A DNA stretch of 64,000 nucleotides from Vulcanimicrobiota bacterium (GTDB lineage Bacteria > Vulcanimicrobiota > Xenobia > Xenobiales > JADMJV01). The position numbers were made by a program, and so were the translations under genes. The stretch is from the NCBI GenBank assembly GCA_050250895.1, contig JBFWNU010000006.1, positions 279,513 through 343,512 of the forward strand, in the 5' to 3' direction. A model generated the notes under the pieces. The model was not told where the DNA came from and made no database searches. It saw nothing but the letters and a program-made list of their open reading frames with translations. Shown here one piece after another: positions 19,665-28,698 of this stretch; position 1 is the first letter of the stretch; the number at the start of each line of letters is the position of its first letter.

Positions 19665-20836
19665 TTGGCACGCTCGGTGGTGTAACGGTCGAGCGTCTGA
19701 CCGGCCGTGCCGATAGCCTCGTAGGTCACCTGGTCGTCGCCCACGTCAACCATCCAGACATGCGCGCGGCTGGCGGCCGTGGCCTCATACCAGCGCAAAG
19801 CAGGGTCCACGCTACGCGGGGGGCGCCCCCAGCAGCCGTCTCCCAGATAGACCGTGCCCTGTTTGGCGATTTTGTTGGCTTTGAGTGGAGGCGTCCGCTT
19901 GAGGGTGTGGTCGTGGTTCTCGAAGGCGGCCGTCAGCCCGAAGCGATCGAACAGGGGGACCCAATGACTTCGACCCTGCTCGGAATAGTAGTCGCCATAA
20001 CCTCGATGGGATGGATAGCAGGGCACATGGTAGAGGGCAAACTTCCAGGGGCTGCGGCACTTCTCGAGAGACTGTCGCAGCCATTGACTCTGAGTTCCAC
20101 CATGCGGGCTCACATGGCCCGAGTCGAGGACAAAGACCGTGACCTGGTCGCCGAGACTGCGCTCGAAGTAGCTGTCGGCATGTTGGCGGAGAAAGCCGAA
20201 ATAGAATGGGGCCTTCTGTTTGCGCTGGCCAAACGAGCCGGCCACGTCGTGGTTGCCGATGGCCGCGATGAAAGGGATGGTCAAACCGTCGGGGGTGACC
20301 ATGTTCTTTTCCCAGTTGTCCAGCCAGCGGTCCCAGAAACCGTCGCGCCGCAGATCACCATCGGCGTAGGCGATATCTCCCCCTACCAGGGCGACCATGG
20401 GCGAACGGCGGGCAGCCTGTTCGAGCAGTTGGACGGTCTCGGGTTCGAAATACATGTCTCCGCCGGTTACAAAGCGCACCGGACCCTGGCTGGGTAGGGT
20501 CTTGAACTTGCGCTTCGAGCAGAACCCGTCGGTGGGGTCGCCGGCCTGAAAGTGATACACCTGGCCGGGCTCAAGACCACGCAGGGTGGCCACGTGAATC
20601 CGCCGCGAACTCGACAGCCACTGGTAACTGGTGGCCGCCTGGCGTTGCTCGAGTTGATCGGGCCGTTGTCCGTAGCGCACCTGCGGTTGGGCGACCCGGC
20701 CGCGGGTCTGGAAAATGACCGTCATGGTGTGGCTGGTGTCAGGATCTTGCCAGGTCAAGTAGACATGGGTGGGTGCCGCCAGCGCCGGGCCGGCCAACCA
20801 CAGGAACAGGACCAGTAGTAACCGCTTGGAAAACAC
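19661..20836 (-). CDS. Secreted purple acid phosphatase-like metallophosphoesterase with FN3-like N-domain
   Basis: Signal peptide; GGD, GGDIAY, GNHD, ENHDH metal motifs. Confidence 0.9.
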   Translation of the reverse strand: MFSKRLLLVLFLWLAGPALAAPTHVYLTWQDPDTSHTMTVIFQTRGRVAQPQVRYGQRPDQLEQRQAATSYQWLSSSRRIHVATLRGLEPGQVYHFQAGDPTDGFCSKRKFKTLPSQGPVRFVTGGDMYFEPETVQLLEQAARRSPMVALVGGDIAYADGDLRRDGFWDRWLDNWEKNMVTPDGLTIPFIAAIGNHDVAGSFGQRKQKAPFYFGFLRQHADSYFERSLGDQVTVFVLDSGHVSPHGGTQSQWLRQSLEKCRSPWKFALYHVPCYPSHRGYGDYYSEQGRSHWVPLFDRFGLTAAFENHDHTLKRTPPLKANKIAKQGTVYLGDGCWGRPPRSVDPALRWYEATAASRAHVWMVDVGDDQVTYEAIGTAGQTLDRYTTERAK

Positions 20837-20879
20837 GTCCAGGTCTGTTTTGGGCCGAGGTCCAGGTTTCCTGGTGGAC

Positions 20880-21662
20880 CTACTGGTCGGCGAGGTTCCA
20901 GATTCTGCTGCTGGCCCCTGGATGAGTAAAACTATCCTCGGCTTCGCAGGTCTTGAGAAAGTTGACCGCCCCGCTCAGGCCATAGCCCAACCTTTTGAGG
21001 GTGTCGATGCCATCGCCGTCGGCCTCGAATTCGGCCTGATGATAGAAACGATTTAGCCTGGCTTCATAAAGGCTGTGGCGCAAGCCGCTGGCTTGTTCCA
21101 TTCTGGCTTCCCAGGCCAACCGTTGAGCGTCGTGGCCGCGCCGGAGATGTCCTAGTTCGTGACCCAGCACGAAGAGAACTCCGGTGTCTGGATTTTGGTC
21201 GAGAATTCCCCGACTGATATAGACCGAGCCGTCCGAACAGCATTCGCCGGCAATCTTGTCGGTGTCGAGAACCTTGAAAGTGTATTCCATTCCGGAGCGG
21301 CGTTGGGTGGGCAAGGCCTGCTCGCCCAACCTCTGCAAGCGGGCGTTGAGCTCGGGGTCGTGGTCAACCCCATAGGTCTTCTCGAGCGACTCGGCGTCGC
21401 GGTGGCCGGCCAGTTTCTCGGCCTCGGGGGAGAGGGGCGGGGGTTCGCTGACGAAGAGCAGCGCTCCCACCAGATCCTGCGCCAGTCGGGCCGCGGTCTG
21501 ACCGGCAGCCTGCAGCAAGCTCGGCGCTGGCGGTCGGGGGGGAAGACTGAGTTCGCTTAAGTCAGCCCGGTCTGCCGGCGCGCTCTCGGGCGTAGGGCCG
21601 GTGGCAGCCAGGGGCCGGGAAAGCGGCATCTGGTATGGAAAAGCGAGGGGTCTGATCTCCAT
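20880..21662 (-). CDS. M48 family metallopeptidase
   Basis: HELGH, EFEAD, THP..R motifs; P/A-rich N-terminal extension. Confidence 0.88.
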   Translation of the reverse strand: MEIRPLAFPYQMPLSRPLAATGPTPESAPADRADLSELSLPPRPPAPSLLQAAGQTAARLAQDLVGALLFVSEPPPLSPEAEKLAGHRDAESLEKTYGVDHDPELNARLQRLGEQALPTQRRSGMEYTFKVLDTDKIAGECCSDGSVYISRGILDQNPDTGVLFVLGHELGHLRRGHDAQRLAWEARMEQASGLRHSLYEARLNRFYHQAEFEADGDGIDTLKRLGYGLSGAVNFLKTCEAEDSFTHPGASSRIWNLADQ

Positions 21663-21736
21663 TTTTGCCCCCTTAGTCTAGCACACTTGCTCGCTGACGG
21701 CGAGGGTTCAGGGGCAACCTATGGAAATAGCCCGGG

Positions 21737-22132
21737 ATGGAACAAAATCTTCCCCCCGGACTTCCCTCTGAAGCTCTCGAGAGCTTTAGCCGCCTGCTCG
21801 AGTTTCCTCTCGACAGTCAGCAATCGATGCAGGAGGCGGTCGATCGGTATCTGGCTCAGGTCGCTACGGCTTCGCGTCGGGACAAAATGGTAGTCGATGT
21901 GGGCCTGGCCCAGGCCATCGCTCTGGCCCTCAAGAACCTTCTAGGCTACAATCCCGCCACGGTGCCCAACCAGCAGCAGCGCTGGATCCAGGCTGCCACC
22001 CGCTACTTCTTCTTGGACGACGATTCCGAACCGGACACTTCGTCGGTGATCGGCTTTGATGACGATGCGGCGGTGCTCAACGCCGTGGCCACGGCGGTGG
22101 GACGCAGCGACCTGGTGGTAAGTATCGGTTAG
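21737..22132 (+). CDS. YkvA/DUF1232-like protein
   Basis: YF..DDD..PD....GFDDD motif. Confidence 0.7.
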   Translation: MEQNLPPGLPSEALESFSRLLEFPLDSQQSMQEAVDRYLAQVATASRRDKMVVDVGLAQAIALALKNLLGYNPATVPNQQQRWIQAATRYFFLDDDSEPDTSSVIGFDDDAAVLNAVATAVGRSDLVVSIG

Positions 22133-23223
22133 TGCACCTGCTCCCCGGTCAGAATTACGATTGTTTGCGCTGCGGTCGCAGCTGCACCTCGAGTTGGCGC
22201 GTGCCGGTCGACCACCGTTACGCTGCTCGGTTGCTGCCCCTGCGGTTGGTGGACAACGCCTTCGAGCCGTGTGAGGGTGGCCTGGCTCTGCGCCTCGAGG
22301 GGGAACGCTGCGTGTTTCTCGATCAGGGGGCCTCGTGCCGCATCCACGCCCAGCTTGGTGCCAGTCAAAAGCCCACCACCTGTCAGCTCTTTCCCTTTCT
22401 ACCCGTAGAAACCCCGGACGGTCTGTTCGTGGGCGCCTCATTCTATTGCACCGCCATTGCCCAGAATCACGGCCGTCCCCTGGCCGAGCACAGTCAGGAT
22501 ATTGCCCGTCTGGGTCCCTATCCCCGGGTAGGTTTCGAGCCGGCCCGGCTCGATGGCCAGTGCCGGTTGGGCTGGGATGTCTACCGCCGGTTCGAACACG
22601 AGTTGAAGGCACGCTTGTCGGGCCGGGGGCTGGGGCAGGCCTTCTGGAGCCTCTGCTGGTGGCTTTCAGGCGAGCCCGGGTCTGAACTGGTCGACCTTGA
22701 AGCGGCCCTGGTCGAGGGCCCGGCCGACCCATTTCTCAACTGGCTCGAGGTGGCCTCACTTCGCTCGCTGTGCGCCCGCATCGAGGCGCCCGGCGCCGGC
22801 CTCGAACTGCTGGCTGCTCTCGAGCAGGACGCACCGGTCTGCTTGCAGGGCCGCTTCACCGGTCGCCCTTCCGAATTGGTGGAATTCATGCAGCGGAGCG
22901 GTCCCAGTCCACTGGTCGAGGAAGTCATCGTGCGTTATCTTGAGGGTTTGTTGTTTCGCAAATTCTTGCTGCTGCGCGGCACGGTGCTCGAAAATCTCCT
23001 GCTGATGCATATGGTGACGCATCTGATGCGCTTTTATTCAGCCGCCTTCGCCATGGCCGGGGGGCGCCGTCAGGTCGAATCGTCAGACGTGTACGAAGCC
23101 CTCGATTTGATGGAGTTGGTCTTACTGACCCACTCCGCCGAGGGCTTCGTGGTGGCACCGAACCTGGTGCGATTCTATCGCGATCGAGCCGAAGCTTTGC
23201 GTCAGACAGGCACCGAGTCGTAG
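22132..23223 (+). CDS. YkgJ/FliB-like cysteine-cluster protein
   Basis: CLRCGRSC, CVFL....CRIH, KPTTCQLFP motifs. Confidence 0.8.
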   Translation: MHLLPGQNYDCLRCGRSCTSSWRVPVDHRYAARLLPLRLVDNAFEPCEGGLALRLEGERCVFLDQGASCRIHAQLGASQKPTTCQLFPFLPVETPDGLFVGASFYCTAIAQNHGRPLAEHSQDIARLGPYPRVGFEPARLDGQCRLGWDVYRRFEHELKARLSGRGLGQAFWSLCWWLSGEPGSELVDLEAALVEGPADPFLNWLEVASLRSLCARIEAPGAGLELLAALEQDAPVCLQGRFTGRPSELVEFMQRSGPSPLVEEVIVRYLEGLLFRKFLLLRGTVLENLLLMHMVTHLMRFYSAAFAMAGGRRQVESSDVYEALDLMELVLLTHSAEGFVVAPNLVRFYRDRAEALRQTGTES

Positions 23224-24110
23224 GCCCGTAGCTCCTGAGCGAATCCGCCGCCCTGGACGTACTGGATGATGGTGCTGTAGCGGCTCAGGTTGTCGATGGT
23301 TCCGCTGTTGATGACGTCGTTGAGGCTCAAAGCTCCACTATTGAGGGCCTGGGTGATGGCGCCGATCGTCTGGACATCGGACTGTCCTACTCCCGGCCGG
23401 TTGGCCAGATTGCCCAGGCCGCGCGAGAGCAACAGGTTCTTCAAGCCGGGGTTGTTATAGTTGCCCGGCCCACCGAACTTGTTGCCTTTGAAGACCGAGG
23501 CGACTTGCATGAAGAGTTGGGCGTCGGGAGCCATCTGGGAAAAGGCGTTGGCGCCGTAAGCCATCCCCTGGGGAGTAAGGGGGTCGGCGCCGGCCGCGTA
23601 AGCCGCAAACTGGTAGGCGTAGTCGCGAGCCAGGCCGGCGCTCCACAGCGACGGGTCTTGAACACGTCCAAAGCGGGTGCCCGGAATGGCGTCGCCTTGC
23701 GAGATGCCGGTGCGGCCCTGCAGGGCGCCGCCGGCCACCTGAGCCTGCAGATAGCTGGCGAACTCGTTGGGGTCTGACGGGAAGGGAGGCGCGATGCCGC
23801 CGGTCTGGGGAAAGCCGCCGCCGCCACCGTAGACCGGATAGCCGCCTCCGCCACCGTAAACGGGATAGCCACCGCCACCACCGGGGTAGGGACTGGGCCC
23901 GGGATAGCCACCGCCACCGGGAACCCCTCCGCCAGCGAAACCGCCCCAACCCTGCGAAAGTTGGGAGAGTGCGCTCAGCAGTGTGCCCAGCAACTGCACG
24001 ATGTTGCCAGGAAAGAAGCTGCCTCCTCCGATTTGGGCTGGACCAAAATAGCCGGATGGCCGGGCTTGTTGGGCGACAAAGGGTTGGCCGCCGAGACCTT
24101 GAATGCTCAT
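23202..24110 (-). CDS. Glycine-rich, cysteine-free hypothetical protein (harpin-like)
   Basis: GGGGAAG SD; amphipathic IVQLLGTLLSALSQL; GGGG(G)YP repeats; no Cys in 302 aa. Confidence 0.75.
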   Translation of the reverse strand: MSIQGLGGQPFVAQQARPSGYFGPAQIGGGSFFPGNIVQLLGTLLSALSQLSQGWGGFAGGGVPGGGGYPGPSPYPGGGGGYPVYGGGGGYPVYGGGGGFPQTGGIAPPFPSDPNEFASYLQAQVAGGALQGRTGISQGDAIPGTRFGRVQDPSLWSAGLARDYAYQFAAYAAGADPLTPQGMAYGANAFSQMAPDAQLFMQVASVFKGNKFGGPGNYNNPGLKNLLLSRGLGNLANRPGVGQSDVQTIGAITQALNSGALSLNDVINSGTIDNLSRYSTIIQYVQGGGFAQELRAYDSVPV

Positions 24111-24204
24111 TCTTCCCCCGAATGATGAATTGACCCCGCGGGGCTATGCTTTTTTATACCACGCCAGCCCAAACAAGTTAAGAGCTCAAATGTTAACAAA
24201 CTTG

Positions 24205-25533
24205 TTACGAGGGAGACGAATCTTTCTGGTAGTGGAGCAATTGCAACTGGGTTTGCTCGGCATCCAGGCGCAGTCTCACCGCCCCCTCGGGACAGAAGCC
24301 TGAAGCCTTCAGGCTCAACCGATAGGTGCCGGCGCGGGGGGCCTGAAAACTGAGAGTGCCCGACAGCGGCAACACCACCTTGCGAGGGGTCAGGTTCTTC
24401 TGGAAGTGGCGTTCTACGCCGCTCTGTCCGTCGCTGATGGCCAGGCGCATCTGGCACTCGGCCGTGACCGCGCCGTCGGTCTCGGGTCGCGCGAACTGAA
24501 CGTTGCCGCGCAGTCGCACCAACTCGCCCGCGGCCAGAAAGAGATCGCGCCCAACCAGTTCTTGGAGGGGCTGATTAGAAGCGATGGCCGGACAGTCGAT
24601 GGCCACCGCGGTGGCCCACGAACTCAAAGCGTAGCTCGGTTGCTGCCCGAAGACCAGCAGGTCGAAGTAGTTCGAGCCGGGATAAAGCGCAAAGCCATGT
24701 CCGAACCCTCCATAGACTCGAAACTCCAGGTTTTGGGGACCGGCCTGGGGCTCGACCACGGCCTCGAACTGCAAAGGGGCGAACAGGTTGCCCTCGAGCA
24801 CATTCTCGCCGCCGTAGGGCGAGATGGCTGCAGCTTGATTGGTGAGGACTCCTGCCAGCATCTCCATGCCGTTTCGGGCCACGCCCAAAGCCTGGCCACT
24901 GACGCGCCATAACTCGTCTGGTCCGGCCCGGGCCCCCAGGGTGCTGATGGCCTCTTGCTGGTAGGGGGTCTGTCCATAGACCCGTTCGAGCGGAGGCGGG
25001 CCCTGGAGGTACCGCTGCAGCCAGTAGGCGTTTCGGGCGTCGTCTCGACTGGTGTACAGGTGGTAGTGTTCGACCAGCAGGTTGCCGTAGGAGAGGTTGT
25101 CGGCGTGGTCGATCGTGACGGGAAAGTCCCCCCCGCTGTGAAAGGCCGAGCCCTCCGAGCTGACCTCGTAGGTGCCGTCTTTGGGTACTTTGAACAGACC
25201 CATGGCCCGCATGGGCAGGTGATGGCTGCCGGGTTGCTCGTTGACCTGGATGACGCGCGTGCCCACCGGCTTGCCGTTGACGGTCAGGCGGAACTGCTGG
25301 CCTACCTGTTCGGCGCTATCGATGGTGAACTGGACCTGCGAGTCGATCACCAGGAGGTCGCCCTGGCGGGCTTCGACGGACATGAGATAGACCCGCTGCC
25401 AGCCGCTGTTGGCAGGCAGCACCGAAGCCCTCAGCTGCTGGGTCTGATGGATCGTCTTGAGGGCTCTGACCGGCTGGGCCTGGACGGCCGAGGGAAGCAA
25501 CATGAATAGAGTGAGGAACCAGGCCAGACGCAT
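24205..25533 (-). CDS. Hypothetical secreted beta-rich protein
   Basis: Signal peptide MRLAWFLTLFMLLPSAVQA from ATG 25533; repeated beta-sandwich-like segments. Confidence 0.7.
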   Translation of the reverse strand: MRLAWFLTLFMLLPSAVQAQPVRALKTIHQTQQLRASVLPANSGWQRVYLMSVEARQGDLLVIDSQVQFTIDSAEQVGQQFRLTVNGKPVGTRVIQVNEQPGSHHLPMRAMGLFKVPKDGTYEVSSEGSAFHSGGDFPVTIDHADNLSYGNLLVEHYHLYTSRDDARNAYWLQRYLQGPPPLERVYGQTPYQQEAISTLGARAGPDELWRVSGQALGVARNGMEMLAGVLTNQAAAISPYGGENVLEGNLFAPLQFEAVVEPQAGPQNLEFRVYGGFGHGFALYPGSNYFDLLVFGQQPSYALSSWATAVAIDCPAIASNQPLQELVGRDLFLAAGELVRLRGNVQFARPETDGAVTAECQMRLAISDGQSGVERHFQKNLTPRKVVLPLSGTLSFQAPRAGTYRLSLKASGFCPEGAVRLRLDAEQTQLQLLHYQKDSSPS

Positions 25534-25611
25534 TGAGAAAAATTCTGGCCGGAGTCGAGAGGACCTTCCTGGTTTGAATTTCTGTAACATCGCTGTGTTA
25601 AACTAGCCAAC

Positions 25612-27225
25612 GTGGATTTAGGTCCCCTGCGGTCTAGCTCACTCCCCGCGGCTCATCGCCTGCCGGCCAGGCCGGCTTCAACGCGCCCTGAAGCGGTGGC
25701 CTCACCGACCTCGCTGGATGCGGTCGAGCCCCTGACTTTGCTCGATTCGATCCGGGCTCAACGGGGGCTTTCCAAGCAGGCCGCCATGCGGGTCACCATG
25801 CAGGTTGCCACCAGTCTGGTTCCCGGCCTGCACGGGGCGGTCGTCGGGCTGGTCAGCAAGGCCGACCAGTTGCCGGCTGCTCGACCCGAAGTCGTGCATG
25901 CCCAGGTCGAGTGCGGGGGAGGGGAACACTCCAAACTGACGCTTGAACTGGCTCGGCCGGTCGACTTGCACCAACATTCCCTGGCCCTGACCGGACCCGA
26001 GGGCACCACCGTGCCCACCCTGCTCACCTGGTCTGAGGTGACCACGGCCGAGCCTGCTCCGGTCAAACTGGACGCTACTCAGCCGGTATCACCGAGCCGT
26101 CTCGATTGCCCCCCGCAGGTACTGGCCGAATTGGCAGCGGCTAAACGGGTGTTGGTGGTCGGGCACGTGCCCCCCGACGGCGACTGCGTCGGCAGCGCGG
26201 CCGGAATGGGGCGCCTGTTGGCCAAGCTCGGCAAAGAGGTCGACGTCTGCGTCGATGCGCCCCTGCCGGGTTGGATGCGCAATCAATTGGGGGCAGGCGA
26301 AGTCAAGCGCTATGACCAGCTGGCCGACCAGGATTACGATCTGGTCGTGATGGTCGATGTGGGTCAGGCTGATCGGATCGGCGGGGCGCGCCAGGCGGTC
26401 GAGAAAGCGCCGGCGGTGGTCATCGTCGACCATCACCAGGTCGACCCCACCAGCCAGGACCTGGGAATGGTCCAGGGGGCCAGACTGGCCAAGTGGATCA
26501 ATCCCCAGGATGCGGCCGCGGTGCTGGTGGCTGGTGTGGCCGAAAGGATGGGCGGCGACCTGGGGCGTCAGGACTGGCAAGAGGTCATCAACCCGCTTTT
26601 GACCGGAGTGCTCACCGATACCCGCGAATTCACCAACCCCGGCCTTCGACCCGAGACCCTGGGCTATTTCAAGCATATGCTCGAGGTCCGAGGCGATGGC
26701 GAGCTGGAGTCGGCCCGGGCCAGGCTCGTGGCCGACCCTTCGGCCTCAATGGCCGGAGTGCTCGTAGCCCCCGCCGTGATGGCCGACGAGATGCTGGCTC
26801 CCGAGGCCGCGCCGCTGCGCGAACGCCTGGCCGAGATGGGCTCCCAGGGCTATCGTGAAGAACTCGGACCTCGGCTTTCGCTCTTGATGGTTCCCGATCA
26901 GGCGATGGCTCTGGCCGAGGATTCTGGTCGCCTCACCGATGCTCGGGTCAATCGCATCGATCTCAATGATGTGCTCTATTCCCGGCTGGACTCGGTGGCC
27001 AAAGAGTCGGACCTGGCGGTGATGTTGCTCGAACAGCCTCAAGGAATCATGCTCTCGATCCGTTCGCGCGCTCCCGATGGGGCTCGCAATCTGGCTGCCC
27101 ATTTCGGTGGGGGGGGCAAATCGCACATGGGCGGCGCGCTGGTGGCCGACACCCTCGATAACGTAGCCGAGCGTTTGCGCCAGTTGGGGCAACATCCGGC
27201 CAATTCGTCCCCGGACAGGCCCTAG
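25612..27225 (+). CDS. DHH/DHHA1 family phosphoesterase (NrnA-like) with long N-terminal extension
   Basis: HVPPDGDCVGS, VD, DHH, TDT, SIRS, GGGG motifs; ~165-aa extra N-terminus. Confidence 0.85.
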   Translation: MDLGPLRSSSLPAAHRLPARPASTRPEAVASPTSLDAVEPLTLLDSIRAQRGLSKQAAMRVTMQVATSLVPGLHGAVVGLVSKADQLPAARPEVVHAQVECGGGEHSKLTLELARPVDLHQHSLALTGPEGTTVPTLLTWSEVTTAEPAPVKLDATQPVSPSRLDCPPQVLAELAAAKRVLVVGHVPPDGDCVGSAAGMGRLLAKLGKEVDVCVDAPLPGWMRNQLGAGEVKRYDQLADQDYDLVVMVDVGQADRIGGARQAVEKAPAVVIVDHHQVDPTSQDLGMVQGARLAKWINPQDAAAVLVAGVAERMGGDLGRQDWQEVINPLLTGVLTDTREFTNPGLRPETLGYFKHMLEVRGDGELESARARLVADPSASMAGVLVAPAVMADEMLAPEAAPLRERLAEMGSQGYREELGPRLSLLMVPDQAMALAEDSGRLTDARVNRIDLNDVLYSRLDSVAKESDLAVMLLEQPQGIMLSIRSRAPDGARNLAAHFGGGGKSHMGGALVADTLDNVAERLRQLGQHPANSSPDRP

Positions 27226-27974
27226 TTGGACGCAGGGGGTGCAGGTGCCCACACCTTCCACGGACCGGGTTTGCCCGGCTCCAGCATCGTCCTTTCCAGA
27301 CCCGAACCGACGGGCAGGTCCATGACGGCGGTCAGGGTCGGATCGTAGGCCACCAGCACTCCTAACGGCATGTCGACGACCTTGGACTCGTCAACCTCTT
27401 GCCCCGCGCTGGCGTACATTTCCCAGAAATCGGATTTCCAGCGGACCAGCTTACGGATGAGTTCTCCCTTCAACGCGTCCAGGTGGGTCATCACCGGACA
27501 GCCCGCCTCGACCGAGTAGGGCCAGTCCTCGTGGAAGAATCTCCAGGTCGGTTCGACGCAAAAGGGGACGGCCAGGTTGGGAATGTCGATCGTGGTGTGC
27601 TCGGCGTCCGGCACCAGTTGCCAGGCCGGCACGCGCTTGTCCCAGTAGTCATGGGCCCCCAACAGTAGTCGTTCGCTCCAGGAGGGGTCAGCCCGTCGCA
27701 ACTGCCACCGCCCGCAGTCCGGGAACTCGAACTTGAAATCTTCGGGTTTTAGAAGGGATTCCAGGTGGCGGGCGGCCTGGTCGATCAGATGGCCCACCGC
27801 CCCGGGCGGCAAGCCCAGCCCCCCGGCTAGCACCAATTCGGCCCCGTGCTTTGGATAGAGCCCGATAGTGTAGTAGAAGGGCGGAGCGGCCCCGCCCCCT
27901 ACGGCGTAGATATGACGGCCGCTGCGTTCGATGTTGGATCGAATCTGGGCCAGTAGTTGACGGCGAAAGTCCAT
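27222..27974 (-). CDS. DUF4262-like protein
   Basis: FYYTIGL....GAELV.G pattern. Confidence 0.65.
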   Translation of the reverse strand: MDFRRQLLAQIRSNIERSGRHIYAVGGGAAPPFYYTIGLYPKHGAELVLAGGLGLPPGAVGHLIDQAARHLESLLKPEDFKFEFPDCGRWQLRRADPSWSERLLLGAHDYWDKRVPAWQLVPDAEHTTIDIPNLAVPFCVEPTWRFFHEDWPYSVEAGCPVMTHLDALKGELIRKLVRWKSDFWEMYASAGQEVDESKVVDMPLGVLVAYDPTLTAVMDLPVGSGLERTMLEPGKPGPWKVWAPAPPASN

Positions 27975-27976
27975 GG

Positions 27977-28651
27977 CTAAATCCTGGCTGCTCCTAACTC
28001 TTGTCCTTCGGGGCTGACCACGTGGATCTCCTTGGGCGTGACTTTGACCGGCACGTTGAAGTAGAGGCGGTCGGCGCTGGCGCTGCTCTTGGGAGAGACG
28101 CCGATGTCGAAGTTGCCCTCACAATTGTAGCGTGTCCCCCGGGTGTCGGTGACGAAGAAGTCTTTGGCGTTGAGCCGCAGTGGCTTCTCGGAGTTGTTGC
28201 GGATCGAGACGGTCAGGCGCAGCGTCTCGTATTCGGGGATGGGCGAGGTGACCTTCTCGCGTTTGCTGATGCTGACACTCACCGAGGCCGCGCCCACCGC
28301 GCCCGATTTGCTCCAGAAGTCGACCACCAGGCCTTGCTGCGACTCTTTGAGGTCATAGCCGAAAGTCGAAGCGATGGCCTGGGCGCTCACATAGGTCTTG
28401 CCGTCGTAGCGATTGAAGTCGGTGAACGGCTTGCCATCGATGAAGAGGGAGTTCCCCGTGCTACGGTCGACGATCTGCCAACCCATGTTGGTGCCGAGTC
28501 CGCTCACCTCGAGATAAGTTTTTTTGTTGGGGAAGATGGAATCGACTTGAAAGGTCTTCTGGCCGTTGATGCTGACCGAGCACTTGACCAGTTTCTCGGC
28601 GGCCGTGGCGGCGATGGTTAGGAGGATGAGGCATAGAGCAATCTGGCGCAT
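27977..28651 (-). CDS. Secreted protein with C-terminal DUF4352-like Ig fold
   Basis: Signal peptide; V.IRNNS....L...F..TD..G..Y and F.VP pattern. Confidence 0.7.
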   Translation of the reverse strand: MRQIALCLILLTIAATAAEKLVKCSVSINGQKTFQVDSIFPNKKTYLEVSGLGTNMGWQIVDRSTGNSLFIDGKPFTDFNRYDGKTYVSAQAIASTFGYDLKESQQGLVVDFWSKSGAVGAASVSVSISKREKVTSPIPEYETLRLTVSIRNNSEKPLRLNAKDFFVTDTRGTRYNCEGNFDIGVSPKSSASADRLYFNVPVKVTPKEIHVVSPEGQELGAARI

Positions 28652-28698
28652 GGCTCACGCCTGCGCCTTGGACCGTCCGGAATCCTGCCGAACATGGC

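Noticed and set aside
24170-24207. TGTTAACA/TAACA-TGTTA motifs (also near 25585 and 60421) as Rex or shared operator sites
   Set aside because: Do not match the Rex TTGTGAA-N4-TTCACAA consensus and spacing differs between sites
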